A stretch of DNA of 25,362 nt from IMG/VR virus record IMGVR_UViG_3300025288_001465. The stretch is one strand, 5' to 3'. The translations under genes were made by a program, and so were the position numbers. How positions within the stretch are numbered: the stretch's first letter is position 1; each line of letters begins with the position of its first letter. Below, one piece after another: positions 24,655-25,362 of the stretch. The notes beneath the pieces were generated by a model, which was not told where the DNA came from, did not search any database, and was given only the letters and a program-made list of their open reading frames with translations. The DNA comes from a virus. Lineage: Duplodnaviria; Caudoviricetes.

Positions 24655-25362
24655 ATGAAAAAATTTCTTTTATCAATATGCTTCATCTGTTTTTGGGTGT
24701 CTGTTTTTGCTGATTCGGGGCAAGTCAATAATGTAGGCCAGCCAGGTGCTCCTGGAGGTGGAATTGTTTTTGAAGAAGGGATCAATGTTGGAGACAATTT
24801 TATATCACGTCGGGCTGGCATCAGTACTCTGGGGAAAGGCACTGGCATTAGTGAGGCATTGATTATTCCTCTTCATGCCCTTTCATCATTTACAAATAAT
24901 GTAGGCACGGTTGAAATTGGATCGATCGTTGATGATGTTTTGCTCTCGTGGACATACAATCGGAATGCGAACGATCCCTTTTCGCAGCAAATCGACCAAG
25001 GTGTTGGTGTCCTTGCCAATAATCTTCGTCAAATTCAGCTCAATAACCTTGGTATTATCGTGAATACAACCTGGACCATTGACGCCGTTGGGGATGATGA
25101 GTCTTATGGCGCTCCAGCAGGAAACCCATCACAAAGAATAACATCAGTTCTATTTCTTCCAGGCGTGTATCATGGCGTTTCTCAAGCGAATGATATTGAT
25201 ACCGGTGTGGAAGTTATGGCCAACTTTGGCCCTTCAATTGAACTCGATGCAAATCGTCAGCATGTTTATAATTTTGATGCCAGTGTGGGGGGAGGAAATA
25301 ATTATTTATACATCGCGTATCCACAAGCTTATGGCAACCCAGTGAACACACAAATCGGAGGA
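24655..25362 (+). CDS. Secreted beta-rich hypothetical protein, truncated by the window end (>=236 aa); not in ORF track
   Basis: Open from ATG 24655 to the window end: MKKFLLSICFICFWVSVFA|DSGQ...SFTNNVGTVEIGSIVDDVLLSWTYN...VYHGVS...YLYIAYPQAYGNP; signal peptide with a VFA cleavage site. Confidence 0.85.
   Translation, partial: MKKFLLSICFICFWVSVFADSGQVNNVGQPGAPGGGIVFEEGINVGDNFISRRAGISTLGKGTGISEALIIPLHALSSFTNNVGTVEIGSIVDDVLLSWTYNRNANDPFSQQIDQGVGVLANNLRQIQLNNLGIIVNTTWTIDAVGDDESYGAPAGNPSQRITSVLFLPGVYHGVSQANDIDTGVEVMANFGPSIELDANRQHVYNFDASVGGGNNYLYIAYPQAYGNPVNTQIGG

Larger units (their letters stand above)
1..25362 (+). mobile_element. Tailed bacteriophage or prophage segment: lambda-like packaging/head module plus Mu-like contractile (myovirus) tail; no boundaries within the window
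   Basis: Dense co-oriented genes with overlapping stop/start codons in canonical phage order (regulation, recombination, replication, terminase, portal, capsid, sheath, tube, tape measure, baseplate, fibre). Confidence 0.97.

Noticed and set aside
476-24848. Minus-strand and alternate-frame ORFs in the track (e.g. 4918-5412, 11601-12047, 13836-14267, 19857-20456, 24498-24848)
   Set aside because: All are shadows overlapping well-supported plus-strand genes and have no recognisable motifs.
1-25362. Transposable Mu-like phage
   Set aside because: Only the tail is Mu-like; no MuA/MuB seen, the terminase is gpA type and replication is initiator/loader type.
23395-25362. Diversity-generating retroelement or invertible fibre cassette
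   Set aside because: No reverse transcriptase, invertase, TR/VR pair or inverted fibre copy visible in the window.

Overview
The window is a contiguous, entirely plus-strand, AT-rich segment of a tailed (pro)phage. It holds an early/middle block (1-5936): HTH regulators, an annealase plus Cas4-like exonuclease, a DUF1376 replication initiator with an internal origin-like repeat tract, a helicase loader/inhibitor, VRR-NUC, SSB and a gpZ-like protein. A candidate lambda-type cos region follows (about 6111-6212: cosQ heptamer, imperfect dyad, consensus IHF site). Next come a lambda-like packaging/head module (terminase, gpW, portal, protease-capsid fusion, DUF2190) and a full Mu-like contractile tail (sheath to gp49-like fibre). 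The most unusual part is the right end: after the tail fibre, a new operon encodes at least two virion-protein-like beta-rich proteins with classical Sec signal peptides. It is preceded by an exact 27-bp copy of the promoter-like element found in front of the major capsid gene, suggesting exported proteins co-expressed with the capsid. Other oddities are a 135-aa domain inserted in the baseplate-J protein between 11-bp direct repeats, an exonuclease with an HNH-like tail, and a small unannotated ORF with a beta-clamp-type motif. All family calls come from motif recognition and gene order by eye; no database searches were run. No integrase, transposase, lysis genes, tRNA or CRISPR array were seen, and the host cannot be determined.
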